A DNA stretch of 57,758 bases from a virus (Duplodnaviria; Caudoviricetes), in IMG/VR virus record IMGVR_UViG_3300020442_000002, positions 1-57,758 of that record. One strand, 5' to 3'. The stretch's first letter is position 1. Each line of letters opens with the position of its first letter. The notes beneath the pieces were generated by a model. It searched no databases. It had not been told where the DNA came from and was given only the letters and a program-made list of their open reading frames with translations. Below, piece by piece: positions 54,803 to 57,758 of the stretch. The position numbers were made by a program, and so were the translations under genes.

Positions 54803-56455
54803 ATGGCTAGCTCTTACCAAGACCTTATAAATGCACTCGTTAATCCCTACGCCTCTGAAATCATGCAGGCTTATGGGTACACGCCTTCTTCCGGCACTCC
54901 TTCGCTCACGGACCCCGGAACATACACCGATCCCGGCGGCCCGGGACCGGGGACATACATTCCTCCCAGCGGTTCTCCCGGCACGGTAATTAATCCGTAT
55001 GACACCCCCGGTGGTACTTCTCCGGGCGGCACTTCTCCGGGCGGCACTTCTCCGGGCGGCACTTCTCCGGGTGGTACTTCTCCGGGTGGTACTTCTCCGG
55101 GGGGCACTTCCCCCGGCGGCACTTCCCCCGGCGGCACTTCCCCCGGCGGCACTCCGTATGAGGGCCCGTACAACCAATCCCCAGAATTTTTAGCCGCGGT
55201 CGAAGCAGACATTCAAAACAGGTTTGGGGGCGACCGGTTCTTGCACAGCAAGAGAAACATTGTGGGCGGAGATGAGCTTGGGGCGCGTCAAACATACTCC
55301 ATAGAAGAGTTTGCCAGCGGCATATTGCCTTATGCTAAAGGCAAGTACGGCTCGGGCGTGACTTACGACCCCAAAACCGGCTTGATGTACAACAACATTA
55401 CTCAAGAAGAACTCGCACGGCGGCGAGGTGATAGTAAATATGCCCGTATTTTTGGCGTTCATCCCGACGCCCTGACTGACCGCGAAAGAAATCTTCTTAA
55501 ACTTGGCGGCCATGGCGAGATGACGCCCGGGACTCACTATATTCGTATTGGCGGACCAACCACTGGTACGCATTATTTTATTCAAGGCGATCAGGTTTAT
55601 GCCTATGACTATAAGTCAGGGGACACGCTGGGCTTTGGCGGCATGGGTCCAAAATATGGTGAGAACAACTTCCAAACGACCCCGGTTGAGTTTGACCAGT
55701 GGATAGATGATTTAAAGCCCAGTGCTTCCGAATCAACGTCTGGAGCCGACACGGCACAGGCGGAACAAAAAGAAGTGGGGCCAAGCCTTGCCTCCGAGTT
55801 GGTCATGGAAGCAGAAGAAAAACCCGGACAACTCACCGTTGCAGCGCCATCGACCCGTAAAAAGAAACCCGCTGATGCTAATACAATGGGCCAATTTTCT
55901 GGTCCAATAAACCTGCCGAGTGCTTCTGAAATGTTCCAGAGCAATTTTGATGTTTTTCGGAACATGACTGAAGAAGAGCTTATGGAAATGAACCGTGGTC
56001 GCGTTCCTCCACCAAGGATATCTTCTGCGGCCCCCGCGGCCCCTGCGGCCCCTGCGGGGCTTATAGGCAATATACAACCGTCGCCTCCGGGTGTTCTATC
56101 TGCCCCCCTTATGGGCAGTGCGCAACCCACGCGTCGTGAGCCCCCGGCAGGGCCACGCACAATAATTGAACCGACACCAACGGTGCCAACGACGACAGTT
56201 TTACCGCCCCCGGGAACTCCGAGGCCAGATACAGGCAGGTTGTCTTTTGAAGATTTTGGTGGTGGAGGTGGCCCGGCTACCCCACCACCGCCTCAAGTTA
56301 CTCCACAACCGCCTCAATTTACACCAGAGCAACAGGAAGCTATTGATCGGGTTATGGCGCAAGTTCAATCGGGCAATTTCCGCCTCCCCTTCAGGAATGG
56401 CGGACCAGTAACTTCGGGCATTGGCGGATTGTTTAGAAAAGAGGTAATGCGATAA
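54803..56455 (+). CDS. Pro/Gly-rich protein with PGGTS repeats and C-terminal FRNGG motif
   Basis: 550 aa, low complexity; lies between terL and portal. Confidence 0.75.
   Translation: MASSYQDLINALVNPYASEIMQAYGYTPSSGTPSLTDPGTYTDPGGPGPGTYIPPSGSPGTVINPYDTPGGTSPGGTSPGGTSPGGTSPGGTSPGGTSPGGTSPGGTSPGGTSPGGTPYEGPYNQSPEFLAAVEADIQNRFGGDRFLHSKRNIVGGDELGARQTYSIEEFASGILPYAKGKYGSGVTYDPKTGLMYNNITQEELARRRGDSKYARIFGVHPDALTDRERNLLKLGGHGEMTPGTHYIRIGGPTTGTHYFIQGDQVYAYDYKSGDTLGFGGMGPKYGENNFQTTPVEFDQWIDDLKPSASESTSGADTAQAEQKEVGPSLASELVMEAEEKPGQLTVAAPSTRKKKPADANTMGQFSGPINLPSASEMFQSNFDVFRNMTEEELMEMNRGRVPPPRISSAAPAAPAAPAGLIGNIQPSPPGVLSAPLMGSAQPTRREPPAGPRTIIEPTPTVPTTTVLPPPGTPRPDTGRLSFEDFGGGGGPATPPPPQVTPQPPQFTPEQQEAIDRVMAQVQSGNFRLPFRNGGPVTSGIGGLFRKEVMR
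55007..55153 (+). repeat. 15-bp coding tandem repeat (PGGTS x about 10)
   Basis: Variants of ccgggcggcacttct. Confidence 0.9.
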
Positions 56456-57758
56456 TGCCTGTACCGCCCAATTTTAGAGGTTTCCCTCCCGGCTACATGG
56501 GGCCCGGAACAAATCCTTATACCCCAACCACCCCCGGATCTTCGTACATGCCGCTCTTCCCGGATTATTTAACACGTAATTCTGACGGCACGTACACCTT
56601 TGCAGAAGGCACGACTAACCGACAGGTGGTAGATGTTTTGCGGGACATGGGCGTCCTGAACGATGACGACTACAACTGGTTTTTAGATTGGTTTAGCGAG
56701 TCGGCAAAGCAAGGCAACGACGTTGCCAACGGAACTTGGATGGTTGCGGGGGCAGGCGGACTAAGCTCGGAAGGCCAAGATTGGGCCCCTGAAAGCCTAC
56801 GCCGCATAAATGCGGCTTACGATTGGTTAAACAATTACGGAGAAACCGGTTCGTTTACGCCATCGCAACCTTTTTCGGAAAAGTATGGCGTTTCTTCTAA
56901 ACCTATTTCTACGCCCGGAAGCGCCTCTGGGACAAGCGACATGGGCCCGGGGTATACCGCCTCCGGTCGGCCCGTCTTTGCGGGGGCTCCGCCCACAGGT
57001 GGTGATCCACGGGCCCCGTACTACACGCAAGAGGATGTTTTAGTCAAGAGTGATGAGGCCCCCGATCTATATGCGGATACGCCTCCTCCGCCTCCGCCCC
57101 CGCCCCCTCCGCCCCCAAAAGATCTTACGTCGGACACCCCTGCGCCAGAGGATGTGCCGCCCCCGCCCCCAGAAACCCCGCCTTCGGACACTACGCCCTC
57201 ACCTCCGGCAGAAGGAATAGCCGCTGCTTTGGGCGTGGATCTTCCCGACTTTGGCGATTTTGGGGCCTTTATGGCTCAACGGGGCCAACAACGCGAGGCG
57301 GAGCCTGATTTTGAGAATGAGGTAGAGCGAGAAATTGAACGCCGCGCCGCACAGCGAGCCGCCGCGTCAGGCACCTCTACCGCCTCCACTTCACCCCTTA
57401 CTGGCTCGGGTATTTTTGGCACGGGTTTTATGGGGATTAGTCCTGAAGTAATTCAAGCCGCGATTGCCGCCGCCCGTGAACGGGAGGCAGCGGCTGCCGC
57501 AGCGGCAGCAGCGGCAACAGCCGCAGGTACTCCGCCGCCCGAGCAAATGGCAAATGGCGGTATTGTGGGCTTGATGAAAAAAGATAACACGGGACCTACG
57601 GGCGACGGTATTGAGTCGTTTCTGATGAAGTACGAATCCCCGGGCACCGTGTCCCGTGAGCGAAAGGCCGCGGCTCTAAAACGCACATTGCAACGGCTTC
57701 AACAACAGCAGATGCCTCCACAGGGACCGCCGGGTATGCCTCCGGGGGGTATGCCTCC
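56455..57758 (+). CDS. Pro/Ala-rich protein (457 aa across the junction) with MANGG motif
   Basis: TAATG coupling; no stop before the window end; continues to 147; 12 consecutive Pro codons at 57082-57117. Confidence 0.8.
   Translation, partial: MPVPPNFRGFPPGYMGPGTNPYTPTTPGSSYMPLFPDYLTRNSDGTYTFAEGTTNRQVVDVLRDMGVLNDDDYNWFLDWFSESAKQGNDVANGTWMVAGAGGLSSEGQDWAPESLRRINAAYDWLNNYGETGSFTPSQPFSEKYGVSSKPISTPGSASGTSDMGPGYTASGRPVFAGAPPTGGDPRAPYYTQEDVLVKSDEAPDLYADTPPPPPPPPPPPPKDLTSDTPAPEDVPPPPPETPPSDTTPSPPAEGIAAALGVDLPDFGDFGAFMAQRGQQREAEPDFENEVEREIERRAAQRAAASGTSTASTSPLTGSGIFGTGFMGISPEVIQAAIAAAREREAAAAAAAAAATAAGTPPPEQMANGGIVGLMKKDNTGPTGDGIESFLMKYESPGTVSRERKAAALKRTLQRLQQQQMPPQGPPGMPPGGMP
57682..57758. repeat. 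Terminal direct repeat (copy 2), circular-assembly overlap
   Basis: Identical to 1-77; 77 is a common assembler k-mer size. Confidence 0.95.

Noticed and set aside
1-57758. Alternative genetic code, introns or inteins
   Set aside because: Core genes (terL, polA, portal, helicases) are intact and of normal length under the standard code, and all three stop codons end genes.

Overview
The window looks like a complete, circularly assembled genome of a marine-type podovirus-like tailed phage: about 57,681 bp of unique sequence, with a 77-bp end overlap. Modules: TerL (53.3 kb) and Pro-rich candidate virion cargo proteins wrap round to the portal; then holin/endolysin, GroES, scaffold, major capsid, tail/fibre and ejection proteins (to 30.8 kb). 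A replication block follows (SNF2 helicase, SSB, primase, UvrD-like helicase, PolA with Leu762, Cas4-like nuclease), then 2OG-Fe(II) oxygenases, an origin-like inverted repeat, TerS and an early-gene array at 47-52.7 kb. I saw no integrase, RNA polymerase, tRNA or CRISPR array. The most striking signal is regulatory. Seven genes of the 47.9-52.3 kb array share the ribosome-binding sequence ACTTTGGGAGA, and six of them sit in a repeated GTATGCGATA / hairpin / RBS leader. A separate ~105-nt locus at 39.69-39.79 kb has its own sigma70-like promoter, stem-loops and terminator, and displays the exact antisense (TCTCCCAAAGTG) in a loop. It is a candidate phage trans-acting sRNA that could silence the whole array. 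The genome also carries two perfect chromosomal parS sites with no recognisable ParB, a perfect rrn-type boxA, and a strand-polarised CACGGNNCACGG motif. Product calls come from motif recognition by eye; no database searches were run.
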